The position numbers and the translations under genes were made by a program. A stretch of 64,000 bases of DNA, from NCBI RefSeq assembly GCF_006345805.1, contig NC_043000.1, forward strand, positions 79,422,001 to 79,486,000, in the 5' to 3' direction. Positions 24,641 to 37,744 of this stretch are shown here, piece after piece. Source of the stretch: Octopus sinensis (Eukaryota). The notes beneath the pieces are model-generated. The model saw only the letters and a program-made list of their open reading frames with translations. It searched no databases and was not told where the DNA came from. Position 1 is the stretch's first letter. Every line of letters starts with the position of its first letter.

Positions 24641-24970
24641 AAGTGAAAAAGCTCATTCAATGAATGAATAAAAGTATTCTACATAGGTGATTGGTTGTTA
24701 AATGCAGATAATTTATGTAATAAATACCTAACAACTAACATTATTTAATTTATTTAAAAACATTTTTTTACTAGCAATGTAATGATTTATTAAAATATAC
24801 AATGTATTCACCTTAATATATACATTAAATACTAGTGGGGGAGCCTGGAAATCTAAGAGGAAATATTTTAACACCAGTATGCATTTTCTTCCTGCAATTT
24901 GAACAACATCCTCTAACTTGAACATAGCGTACATTCAAATTAGGAGCTCTGTTGTGTTTGTGTGTCTCTC

Positions 24971-25038
<68 letters not shown>

Positions 25039-25137
25039 ATTGGAAACTATGAAAATAAGACTTTCCAAACAAACTATTATAAATGTTTTCTAAATTGTGC
25101 CTGTCCTTATCAGATCAATAATAATAATAATAATAAT

Positions 25138-27399
25138 GACTCCTTTTATTTGTCACCAGGGTGAAAGATGAGCGGGACGATACAAAGACAGACATAAAGT
25201 GTTGGGGTTTACATATAATGGAATGATAAAATGAAAAGTATATATGGTATACACTAAAAGAAAGTATACATAATATATACCAGTAGAAAAAGATGGGAAA
25301 AAAAAAGTGATTGTGATGGGATCCCCCTGGTACAGACGGACCTCTAGGGATAATCAAAGAACCCCACCGTCCAAGATCACCCTGAGTACCAAAGACAAGA
25401 GCCCTCTCCAACTTCTTACTTTTGACTCACAAGTTTACACTGAGAGTGGCAGCATCCACTCTTGCCATTTTCCCGACTTTTGCCTATTTCTCCATAAATT
25501 CACCTCCCTCTCCACTCTCACTTTCCTTTTCAAGTGAAACTTGAAAAAGTCGATTAGGGCTTTACCAAAGAGGGGTGTGTCTGTCCTCATTCCTTTCAGT
25601 CTCATTCACCACAGCCACCAGACAAAGGAAAACTCCCTGCCAGCCTGATTAAAGGAGGGTGGTGGGGCAATAATCATTATGGACTTGGCTGACCAACAGA
25701 TCTGTCCTACACGCATCTGCAGCTGTTTGATATAACTCCACAAGTCAGCATGGCCAGACACTGAACGAGTGCATGCAGAATGGTTTCAGCACTCTGTGAG
25801 CAGCTCGGACAAGCTCTGAAACAAGTGCTGAAACCATGCTGTTGATCTTGTTCTTGATGTCTTTGTTGGAGTGGTTAGGAATTGTGTTGCAGTTGTGATT
25901 TCAGAATTTTTGTTGATTTCTTGGAGTAGGGCTATGTACTATCCTCCTCTTTTGCCTACACCCGTTTTGTCACTGTGATCCATTGATCATTCAGCTCTTC
26001 TTTCTCCATGTCACTGCAGTTGATGTTGATTTGGGAGGATGAGTATTCAGGAGAAACTTGCTTTTTCTGTGGCAACTTGGGATAGCCTCCTTCTTTGTCT
26101 TGGTCTGGCAGTGAGTGTAGGGGTAGGTGTAAGAGTCTTGAGCACTTGTTTATGATTTTGCATTTGTGGTGTTTGTAATGCTGGCAGCAGAGGGACTTTA
26201 TTTTCCCTTGTTTCAGGGCAGGAAGCCTTGAAATGATTTACAGATCCACATGTGTGGCATCTTGGCTTTCTACCCTCCGCAAACACTGACAGGTGAGTAT
26301 CATCCGAGAGATCGATTTGATTGGACAGCTGGTCAATATGGTCCTGCTCGCATTGCAAGGTCAGTTCCATATCTACACCTAACCAATTTTGCTTAGGTAG
26401 TTTCTTGACCTCAAATATTTTGACTTCAGCTTCTTCTAAACCCGCCAAGACAGCTACCACTAGCCAGGGGTGGATATTTCTGGCGGCACATTCAACACCC
26501 TAATCTTGGCAAGGCATAGGCCACAATAGCAAAAGTCGTAATTCTTCAAAGTGGTTGTAGAATTACATCTAGCTTCTTCCATCCCAAATCTCACCTCAAT
26601 GGTTCCAAACTTCTTTCTTCAGGTGACGTGGGTCCTTTGTTCCCACACATGCTCAAGGCATTTTTGTACTTTGCTCTCAGGAGCATTTTCCTTCGCTGTG
26701 ACTTGACTCTGATGCAACAGTATGTGACTGTGCTTCTTGCGATATTTTCTATCACGTTGGATGGTGGGTTTAGAACTACCCTTCTCCTATCTCTTTTTTC
26801 AATTTTTCTAGCCAATTTGAATTCTCCTTCATCTATGCAGAAACTTTCCATATTTCCTGCTGCAGACGCAAAAGACACAGAGGCAATATTTGTGTTTTTA
26901 TGTTTCATTTCTTTTGTATTGTTATTGTTGTTATTATTGCTGTTGTTGCTGCTGTCGAGGTTGTTGTTCTCGCTGTTGACACTGAAAGTTTTGATGTTGC
27001 ATTGAGATGAAACATTTTCTGCCTTGGTGAGATCATTAAGTTTAGGCCGCTCGATATTAATATTTTCTGTTTTTTTTTCCTGTTCTCAATTTTATCCATC
27101 AAGGAGCACGTTCCTTTGTTGAACATTATGACGGCTTCTTTATCAACGATCTTTAAATAATTACAGAAAATTACAAAATATTTTTTTTTTGCCAATAGGA
27201 GTTAAAATTCAAAAATTATTCATGTGCACTCCCTGCAAGACAGGGGGTGCTTCTACACAAAAGTACTATCTGCGCAGTCCAAAAAATCTCAGAAATGTAA
27301 TGATAACAATAGAAATGAAAAGACATAGCCTTAGAAAGCCGAAAATATTACAAACACTTTTTCAACGTACAGAGCACCATACTTCACAGTATGGCAGCC

Positions 27400-27400
<1 letters not shown>
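25138..27400 (-). mobile_element. L1/Tx1-clade LINE with both ends, ORF2 largely deleted, flanked by (AAT)n
   Basis: ORF1 zinc knuckle RCHTCGSVNHFKASC (26047-26460); ORF2 C-terminal CPSCSQSAETILHALVQC near 25760-25810; (AAT)n at about 25118-25137 and 27400-27437. Confidence 0.82.
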
Positions 27401-27438
<38 letters not shown>

Positions 27439-29339
27439 TAAAAAACATACAAGAAGATTCTCTCCAAAGCAGCCACCTGATAGTTGTATATAAACTAGAT
27501 GGCTCAACAAGTAAGCTTCTGTATTACACAGTTTGCTCAATATAACAACCAAAATCTCCTGTAATGAACAACTCTTTCAAATGGAGACCACTTAAGTCTT
27601 AATTCATTTAAAATGAATAATATAACTATTTAAATTGTGAATGGCTGTAGAAGTAAACAAGACACATTGACCTTATGATTATGCCTTAGTTAAGAAGGTA
27701 GCATACATTAACTACATGTGTACTGTAAACACAAGAATTACTAAATATCTGTAGTAGATTACAATTTGTACTGTACAGTATATTTGTAGAGATTGAACAT
27801 AAGTAATGCACACCTGTGGCTGACTACAATTGGTGCCCTCAACAACTGATTCCACTAAGTGGTGAAATGTGATGGAGATTAGTATGCCATGCAGTACATT
27901 GTACATCTGTGATCATAGACTATAGTGTGTGGTCTAGTGTAGTGTGTTGTGAACCTGTGGTAATTGACTATGGTGTGCAGTATGCAAATGTGACTAAAGA
28001 ATTGTATGCATACTCCTGGCTGGCTATAAAACAGTGGCAAGAGTAATTTCCTGCTATATGTAAGAGATGATCAGCAGAACAGTAGGGAGTCTGATACTGT
28101 CTGGCTGTGAACATATGGAAATAGAACATCAGAATCTTCTGGATAGAAATCAGAAGAGTAGCATCTGCTGGATGATTAATCTGGATGGAAGATTGTTGTT
28201 GTAAGGTGTTAGCAGTGGGTGGAAGAAACTAGGATAAAAAATAAGTAGCTGATGCTGACCTCTGAGAGAAAGATGGATATAGCTATGGATAGAAGTGTAT
28301 GTGTGTGTGAAGCTGTCATATTCATGCATCTATTACAAAAATAAATCAAAGATAAAAAGAGGGAAGGAAAAATGAGAAAAGCATAATGAAATTTAATTGG
28401 AATCATAGTATCATTTATAGAATTGTCATTAACTGTTTTACATGTATGGTATTTAGGAACATTATAATGATGAAACTATATTAGTCAGATTACCATTACC
28501 AATGTACTGATAATCAACTATTGGAACTTCCTGCTTTACTGAAGAAGCAGGAAAAAAAAAGAGAAAAAGCTGTAGGGTTTAAAAAATCGCTAGTAATTAA
28601 AGTGTATATTTAATTAAGTTACATTGCAAAACAACACTCTATATTGAATATCAAATAAGATGTTAATGATCAAAGATCAAATAAAATGATTTTAATGATT
28701 TTAAAGGTCAAGTATAAAATGAAAAAAATAAATTTATTATATAATAGCTTCATTTATTCTAAGGTAAAATTTACTTACAAGAATTGAGCTGAACAATAAT
28801 CTTCTTTGCCTAGTTACTGCCTTTAGACAGCAACCAGGGTGGGATTTCAACTTAGCATTTAAAAATCCATAATAAAAACCATAGCAGATTCACAACATTA
28901 GGGCAAGGGGTAATAAAAAAAGAGATTTCTCATAGAGGAGTAATAGATGGCAGAACAGTTAGAGCATGAGACAAAATGCCTTCAGATTTTTAATGATATC
29001 GCTTTATGTTCTGAGTTCAATCCCACCAAAGTCACTATTGCTTTTCATGATAAAATAAATAACACTCAGGTACTAGAGGCTTATGTTAAACAGACTATAT
29101 CTTTGAAGATGGTGTCTGTCATACTCCCAAGACTAAAACCAGAAGAAAAAAAATTAATAATAAATATACAGACATAATATTCCAATGATTCCAGCATCTA
29201 CTTCCATTCTTTTGTATTAGTGCAGAGAGGAAAGGTTGAACTTGGCAGAGATAATATCAAAGATCAAAACAAAAACAACATCCAAAAAATAGTGATGGAC
29301 ATTGAAGACTAACACACCAACTCAACAGAGTATAGAAAT

Positions 29340-29425
29340 GGCAGGTGTTGCCATGTGGTTAAAAAGCTAGCTTTTGCAAATATCTGGCTTCAGGTTCAAT
29401 CCCAATGCACAGCACCTTGAAACTA
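29340..29425 (+). mobile_element. Degenerate tRNA-like SINE head
   Basis: A-box-like TTGCCATGTGG and B-box-like GGTTCAATCCC followed by GCACAGCACCTTG. Confidence 0.5.
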
Positions 29426-29521
29426 TGTGGAAGCCTTTTAGTAGAATGTTTCCGTCCTTAGAGAACAGACTAAATCCATTACTTGCTGTATCATCACAAA
29501 ATGAGTCTTGGGTGTACTTAA

Positions 29522-29758
29522 CCCTTTATATTCAGATTATTCTGTCAAATGTAGTTATTCACATTGTTTTGAATTTATTTATTCACATTGTTTTGAATTT
29601 ATCTAGCATTATCTCATAACCTTGAGATTTTGATTATGTGGCTGAATATATTTGAGACTAACAATGTAGGGTAGGTGTGAAAGGCAGGATCTGGCCAGTC
29701 TGAACATAAAACAGGTAGAGTATTTTGGCTGGATATGGCTAGTTTAAATGCTAAAGGG
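29522..29758. mobile_element. piggyBac-type MITE
   Basis: TTAA-CCCTTTA...TAAAGGG-TTAA; second copy in opposite orientation at 52708-52926. Confidence 0.85.
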
Positions 29759-30221
29759 TTAAAAGAGTCTGCTCTGTTGCAAGTACTGGGTCAAGCTCTC
29801 TAGGTGAGGCTAACCTATCTACCATCATATTGCAGAACCTCTAAACATATATGGATATTGATCTTCTTCCTTTGATTAAGCTATATATAAAAAATAATCA
29901 ATCAAAAACAAAGTGTTAAAAATGATGTATGTCTGGTCATTTTACTTGAGATTACAGTAAAGTTCTGAAAGTTATAACAGCAGTCAATGAAAGATTGGAT
30001 TCTGAATTTCATTATATTTCACTGAGTAATAAATAATGTGTTGTTTTAAAGGAAAAGCTTAATTAAGAGGAAGTAATAACACAAATGATATGAGCATATA
30101 AGTTGATGCAGTATCTGTAGGAACAGTTTCTTATTACTCAGTGGTTTCAACTGCAATAATTGAATTAGGCAACCTTTTGCAAGATGAAACTGTTAAGTCT
30201 CAAATGAAATGAAATGAAATG

Positions 30222-30333
<112 letters not shown>

Positions 30334-31560
30334 AATTTTAATACAGTATGGCTCTTGGTATATAAAACTCAATCAGATTAGTTAAGACATGTCTCTTCAA
30401 TGAAAATATAAATGTCACATCCCCCGATCCATGCAACTCTATTGGGTTGGGAGTGCTATGCAAAGTAGTAAATGAAAAATATCAACAACTAATTAAGTAG
30501 AATGAATCATGTGATTCGATTGTTACCAAGAAACTATTGACAGTTCAATAAATATGAGTTCATGTAGAAAGTGTCATTAGATAAGTATGAGTAACCTCAT
30601 AAGAACCAAATAGATATAACAACAAAATCAATATATTCCAGGGTGTTAGTAGTTTCCGGTAAAGGCAAGTAAATTGTCATTATAAAGTAATCAAGAAAGA
30701 AAAATGAAACATTATTGTAGACTTAAAAAGGACACCCCAACCAATTCTTGGTGAGTAAAGCTTGCATTTAATGACATGTTGAAAAGAGCTGAAATTTAAT
30801 ATTAAATGTTAATGAAGGAAATGTCTTAAAATGTCAAATCTACTTTTACTTTTCCTCCCAGTTCGCTAAATTTCTTTTCAATTACGTTTTTGAAACATGC
30901 TTAGAATACCAGACCTACAAAGCAAGTGAAAAGGCTTATAAATGAAACTGAAATAAAGTGTTTGGTAAATATATTTTGATTCTTAAGTTTTACAACAGAG
31001 ATCTATAGATCTAAGATATCCAGGATAGCAACTAAAGGTCAGTAGGAATAATAATTTCAAGCTTATATATACAGAGGAGGTTTAGTTGATTATATTGACT
31101 CCACTGCTTTGACTGTAGATTATTGCATCAACCTGAAAGGATAAAAGGCAAACTTGATTGCAAGAACTGGAACATACATATAACACTAAACACTTTTCTG
31201 ATGCTCTAACAATTTTGAGGAGAGAGATTAGTCAGAACTATTCACCTCAGTAATTAATTGGTGCTTTTATTTTACCATCACCAAAAGGATAAGAGATAAG
31301 AGGTAAAATTGATATGAGTAAGATATGACTTTTGGATGTAAAGAGCAGGAACAAACACTCGAAAGCATTTTGTCCAACATTCTAACAATTCTGCCAAATA
31401 ATAAAGCATTAAATTTATTCTTCTGAAGAAAGAAATAGAGCCTTAAAGCATAGTTTAAATACTAAACTGTAATATTAATGAAGTCAACTACATCAATGGA
31501 CACCTATCTATACACACACACAACATTATTTTGGATTAATAAATGAAGGATTCCTCAATG

Positions 31561-32045
31561 TTAGTTAGTTAGTTAGTTAGTTAGTTAATTTGGCTCAAAA
31601 GCAAATAGCAAGGCCATGTAGGGGGACATGGAGTTAAGTACAGGGTGGTGTTCATGTAAAGAGTTCAGGCCACTTGAGGTCAAGGGAGGCTTTGAACAAA
31701 GCGGTCGTCGGCATCTTCACCATCTCGTCTGGCAGCTTGTTCCACGGATCCGCAACCCGGACGGAGAAAGCTCCTCTCCTTCGATTGAGATGAAATCGTC
31801 GCGGGTAGAGCTTTTCGGAATGACCCCGCAGCCGACGCTCTGGAGCAGGAGTGAAGAACAGCTCTTTCGAGAGGTTACACTTTCCGCTTATGATGTTGTG
31901 GACGAGAATGAGATCACCACGGCGGCGGCGTTTTTCAAGAGAATAAAGGTCAAGCGTCCTCAGCCTTTCTTCATAGGACAAATTTTTGAGACCATGAACC
32001 ATGCGGGTAGCCAGCTTCTGGACTCTTTCGAGATGCTAACTTGCT
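31561..32045 (-). mobile_element. CR1 LINE 3' fragment with (TAAC)n tail
   Basis: LSYEERLRTLDLYSLEKRRRRGDLI...LRGHSEKL...FSVRVADPWNKLP; (TTAG)n on + strand at 31561-31588. Confidence 0.93.
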
Positions 32046-33304
32046 TACTATGAAGATTCAATGAAGTCAAATTATACTAGCTAGAAATTGTAACCATAAT
32101 CTTTCTCAATTTATACTCTATTGTTTTAAGGAGGAAGAACATATTGCACAATGATGCTATGGACATACAAAAGTATGGAATAGATGACATTCTTCACAGG
32201 ATAACCCAATGAAGCCTGACCGCAGGAAAAAGAATAGCTTGTTAAAATTTGGAACACAAAACTTAGCATGATTAAAGACATCTCATACATTTTAAAACTG
32301 GGACCATGAAATATTATCTTATATAATGGACACAGTAGTTTAAAGTATAGAGAGAAAATAGAAAAAAACAACAAAATCAGTAACAAATAAGAAAAACTGA
32401 CCTTGTTATGTATGTAATTTAAAAAATACATATCAATGCAGGTTGTGAAACGTAAAGTGTTTGAAAGAATTCTTGTAAGTGTTTGTTTTAATTTCAACCA
32501 CGATCTGTTCTTGATAAAGTCACTGAAAAATTTACTTCCTGGTGGGCCGGTTTCCTCTTCATCAAAGCCTTTACTTTCAGATGCTCACAAAAACTCCAGC
32601 CAATTAGTCTAGAAGTATTTAAAACATCAACTCAAAACATCCTATTCTTTTCTTATTTTTAATTTTCAAGTTGATTTTTTTCCTTTTTTAAATTAATCTG
32701 ACTCAATTACAATGTTACCATTATTTATTTTTTAGATATTTTCCTCGTTCATAACGCATTCACAGATTTTACTGCAAGACATCCCACTAAATTCATCCAT
32801 CACATTGAAATATACCTTAAAAACAATACTGCAGGGAAGAGAAAACTATAGCAATACAAATTCAATACATGACTGGTATATATTTTACTGATTCTGAAGA
32901 AATCTGAGCCCAGGGATTTAATTAAGTGACATCACTGTACCTATTTTATTACCTATGAAAAGTAGAGAAAGTATAGTGTGACTGATCCCTTCGGTTGAGA
33001 AAATAATGAGGTAGAAAGAAAGGCAGACAACTAGAGAAAGTGGCTGCAGATGAATGTATAATGTATATAACTGAAGTATATATATTTAGATATGAATAGA
33101 TGATAGAATCTCTATACAGATGCCAAGAGTTGAAGAAATATATAGAAGTTGACGTATATATACGTACAGACATGGAAAGTAAAAGAAGTCTATGTAGATA
33201 TTTCAAAAGAAACTGCAGTCTGTCCCTCTCTCGCTCACGCTTCCACCTTTGCTCTTGTTGCTTGCACATGACCATCGGCCATATACATATATACACAAAT
33301 GTAC

Positions 33305-33342
<38 letters not shown>

Positions 33343-33445
33343 GATATATTTACTTATATACTCATATACATACACTTATATATACATATATACTTATGCA
33401 TACATATATAAATACATATACATGTATATGCACATACACAGCTAT

Positions 33446-33476
<31 letters not shown>

Positions 33477-33493
33477 TATATATATATATTAGT

Positions 33494-34553
33494 GACTGAA
33501 GAAGGGGTTTTTCCTTGTGTTAATTGTCCTGTATTCTATTTTTTTGCTGTTTTTAATAAATGTCCAGATCCTTTGGTTTGTGTCTATGTTTCCGTTTCTC
33601 ATTGTGTTCGACGTCCTTTTTGGTGTCCTGTACTCATATATGCGTGTATATGTACATGTAGAGGTAGGTACGTACATATATGTTTATATATATGTATATG
33701 TTTTATTTTATTTATTAATATATTATATGATGAAACGCACGCACCCCCTTAATTAAGATTGTTCTTTATATCAGGTTTTTGTTCTTGATATTAACTCTCA
33801 CGCGCACTCTTAACCATTCTGTCCCATCCCTTTCTCAGCCTTCATTCTTTGTTTTCCTTTTCCTCTACTTAACCTGTCTCTTCCTCTCTCTCTCCCCCTC
33901 TCCATCCCTCATGGTTTCCTCGCAGCCATTCCCCTTCTCCTCTCCCTTTCTCTTGCTCTTCCTCCCCCCTTCCCGTCGTTCACCCGCGACGTCACTTCCG
34001 CTGCTGTCTCTCTCGCCTGGCTCTTTCAAGGTAATGGACGACACTCTTTTTCCTCCGCTTGTCGTCCATAAAAAATTCTGCGTTTGCAATACTTTTTTTC
34101 GTTCGGCGTCAACAGCCCTTCTTATCTTGTTTTCCTTGTCCTGTCTTATACTGTTTACAATTTGCACTGTCGTTACTGTCCTGTTGTTACTATTTTTTAC
34201 CCCTCTGCGAAAAGATCTCAGAATTTTAATTGATTTGCTTTTCGCAGGAAGGAAAGTTATCTTGTCGAAGATCGTCTCGCTTTTATCCTTTGAAACGTAG
34301 AGTAGATGAAAGCTTTACCGACTGAAGAAGGGGTTTTTCCTTGTGTTAATTGTCCTGTATTCTATTTTTTTGCTGTTTTTAATAAATGTCCAGTTCCTTT
34401 GGTTTGTGTCTATGTTTCCATTTCTCATTGTGTTCGACGTCCTTTTTGGTGTCCTGTACTCATATATGCGTGTATATGTACATGTAGAGGTAGGTACGTA
34501 CAAATATGTTTATATATATGCATATGTTTTATTTTATTTATTAATATATTATA
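33494..34553 (-). mobile_element. Two direct repeats of about 235 bp (period 826 bp) flanking a minus-strand open frame; possibly Penelope pLTR-type
   Basis: Repeats at 33494-33727 and 34320-34553; minus frame open 34314-33865. Confidence 0.45.
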
Positions 34554-34879
34554 TATATATTATATATATATATATATGTGCATATATATATATATATATA
34601 CACATATATATGTGCATATAAATACACATATACATTCATATATACATTCATATATGTACATACCTACATATAAATGTATATATACATGCATATATGGGTA
34701 TAGAATGTCAAAAAAACATGAGCAAAAAAAAACACAAAAAAAACAAAAACATGGAAAACGAACTGTTTTCAAACAATGAAAGAAACAAATACAGAAACGA
34801 GACAGGCAACATAAAGAACAATCCATTCATCAGTTGTCCCGTTTTATCTACACATATATAAATATCATGTATATAAATA

Positions 34880-35255
34880 GGCGCGGGAGTGACTTGCTTA
34901 CCAACCACATGGTTCCGGGTTCAGTCCCACTGTGTGGTACCTTGGGCAAGTGCCTTCTACTATGGCCTCAGGCTGACCGAAGCCTTGTCAGTGGATTTGG
35001 TAGACAGAAACTGAAAGAAGCCCATCATATATATATATATGTATTATGGATGTGTGTGTATATGTTTGTGTGTTTGTACCCCAACATCGCTTCACAACAG
35101 ATGCTGGTGTGTTTACACCTCCGTAACTTAGCGGTTTGGCAAAAGAGACCAATAGAATAAGTACTAGGCTTACAAAGAATAAGTGCTGGGGTAGATTTGC
35201 TCAACTAAAGGCAGTTTTCCAGCATGGCCACAGTTAAAAGACTGAAACAAGTAAA
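34880..35255 (+). mobile_element. tRNA-derived SINE
   Basis: B box GGTTCAGTCCC, CCTTGGGCAAGTG core, family 3' tail. Confidence 0.88.
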
Positions 35256-35365
35256 TGAATAAAAGAATAAGAGAAAACAAATATATATATACATACATAG
35301 TATATGTGCATATAAATACACATATACATGAATATATACATTCAAAGTATAATGTATATACATTC

Positions 35366-35778
35366 ATAGAGGAATGTGAAGACGCAGGCTGGAAAGTGGA
35401 ACATTTTCCTATCGAAGTCGGATGTAGAGGGTTTGTAGGACACAGCGTGAGACGACTGTTGTTATCGTTAGGACTAACTCATCGTAAAGTCAATACCACC
35501 ATGACTGATATCCAATCTACAGTGGAGAAGGCTAGCCACTGGATTTGGTTAAAAAGAGACGATGAGCGATGGCTAGAAGTATATTGAGTTATTCATAACC
35601 AGCTGATCTAGCAAGCGGGGCCTCATATCAGTGAGGGGGGCCGGTGCGCATTGATGCCGTCGAGAGGTAGGCCCCGAAACGGCGTGCATTCTCTCCTGAT
35701 GACCCCATACACTTGCTAGCTTCCGATATACGGAGCTTTTAACTGGTAGCACTTGCATGTGCAAGTTGTTTGCAAGAT
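35366..35778 (+). mobile_element. HERO-like (REL endonuclease) LINE 3' end with structured 3'UTR
   Basis: EECEDAGWKVEHFPIEVGCRGFVGHSV...VEKASHWIWLKR matches the C-terminus of HERO-type REL ORFs from recall; stop at 35585-35587. Confidence 0.75.
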
Positions 35779-36074
35779 ATATACATACATAAACATACAT
35801 ATATACATACATATACATAGATATATATACATACATAAACATACATACATATATATACATACCATACTTATATATACATATATATACATACATAGATATA
35901 TATACATACATAAACATACATACACATAGATATATATACATACATAAACATACATACATATATATACATATATATACATACATATATACATATATATATA
36001 TACATACATCTATATGCATACATCTATATACATACATATATATATACATCTATATACATATATATATATACATC

Positions 36075-36136
<62 letters not shown>

Positions 36137-36270
36137 CATACATACATTTATATATGCACATATATACATGTGCATACATTTATATATACACATATATAAA
36201 TATACATATATACATACACATAAATATAAACATATATATATATACACATATACATACACACATATATCAT

Positions 36271-36447
36271 CTAGACCACTTTGACTAACCAGTCCGTCAG
36301 GCGTCCATTTGACACTGCTGGTCACAGCACGCTGTCCACTCCTCTCTGGATCGCAACTTACTCATCCATGTGGTCCCAATCGCCTTCCTAAAATCCTAAC
36401 TCCACCATCGTGGAGGCCTACTGAGTGGTCATTTCTGCTTGCGTGGA

Positions 36448-36448
<1 letters not shown>
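36271..36448. repeat. Unclassified interspersed repeat
   Basis: CACTTTGAC..ACCAGTCC.TCAGGCGTCCATTTGACAC.GCTGGTCAC shared with 3208-3255 and the duplicate at 37878-38058. Confidence 0.7.
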
Positions 36449-36509
<61 letters not shown>

Positions 36510-36972
36510 GCACATATATATATATATATATACACATAAATACAAATATATACATACATGTACACACATATATACACATATTCTTATATATACATACATA
36601 TATACATATATGTATGTATATATGTAAACCACTGGAAAATACGAAAACTATTATGGATGTGTGTGTATATGTTTGTGTGTTTGTACCCCAACATCGCTTC
36701 ACAACAGATGCTGGTGTGTTTACACCTCCGTAACTTAGCGGTTTGGCAAAAGAGACCAATAGAATAAGTACTAGGCTTACAAAGAATAAGTGCTGGGGTA
36801 GATTTGCTCAACTAAAGGCAGTTTTCCAGCATGGCCACAGTCAAAAGACTGAAACAAGTAAATGAATAAAAGAATAAGAGAAAACAAATATATATATACA
36901 TACATAGTATATGTGCATATAAATACACATATACATGAATATATACATTCAAAGTATAATGTATATACATTC

Positions 36973-37385
36973 ATAGAGGAATGTGAAGACGCAGGCTGGA
37001 AAGTGGAACATTTTCCTATCGAAGTCGGATGTAGAGGGTTTGTAGGACACAGCGTGAGACGACTGTTGTTATCGTTAGGACTAACTCATCGTAAAGTCAA
37101 TACCACCATGACTGATATCCAATCTACAGTGGAGAAGGCTAGCCACTGGATTTGGTTAAAAAGAGACGATGAGCGATGGCTAGAAGTATATTGAGTTATT
37201 CATAACCAGCTGATCTAGCAAGCGGGGCCTCATATCAGTGAGGGGGGCCGGTGCGCATTGATGCCGTCGAGAGGTAGGCCCCGAAACGGCGTGCATTCTC
37301 TCCTGATGACCCCATACACTTGCTAGCTTCCGATATACGGAGCTTTTAACTGGTAGCACTTGCATGTGCAAGTTGTTTGCAAGAT
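36973..37385 (+). mobile_element. HERO-like LINE 3' end, duplicate copy
   Basis: Identical to 35366-35778. Confidence 0.75.
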
Positions 37386-37682
37386 ATATACATACATAAA
37401 CATACATATATATACATACATATACATAGATATATATACATACATAAACATACATACATATATATACATACCATACTTATATATACATATATATACATAC
37501 ATAGATATATATACATACATAAACATACATACACATAGATATATATACATACATAAACATACATACATATATATACATATATATACATACATATATACAT
37601 ATATATATATACATACATCTATATGCATACATCTATATACATACATATATATATACATCTATATACATATATATATTACATC

Positions 37683-37744
<62 letters not shown>

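Noticed and set aside
27940-28230. About 86-codon minus-strand open frame after an acceptor-like TCCTAG
   Set aside because: No recognisable homology and no convincing donor
30721-30750. 30-nt AG/GTGAGT-bounded microexon candidate
   Set aside because: Purine-rich acceptor region; such donor hexamers are expected by chance in 64 kb
33779-34300. 173-aa hydrophobic + strand ORF resembling a membrane protein
   Set aside because: Antisense shadow of a purine-rich minus-strand frame; the hydrophobicity follows from CT-rich codons
34285-34335. CCTTT-GAAACGTA...CTGAAGA-AGGGG as a type II permuted hammerhead
   Set aside because: Stem I cannot form next to the cleavage site and stem II relies on two G.U pairs
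34880-34950. tRNA-like A/B boxes here and at 23500, 29340, 38415, 53590
   Set aside because: SINE heads, with no cloverleaf or anticodon arm; not tRNA genes
36271-36325. Minus-strand CTGAYG-GACT-loop-RGTC-AAAG in an unclassified repeat (also 3208-3255)
   Set aside because: Lacks both A9 and the catalytic G12 in both independent copies, has no stem I/III register, and an alternative hairpin explains the flanks
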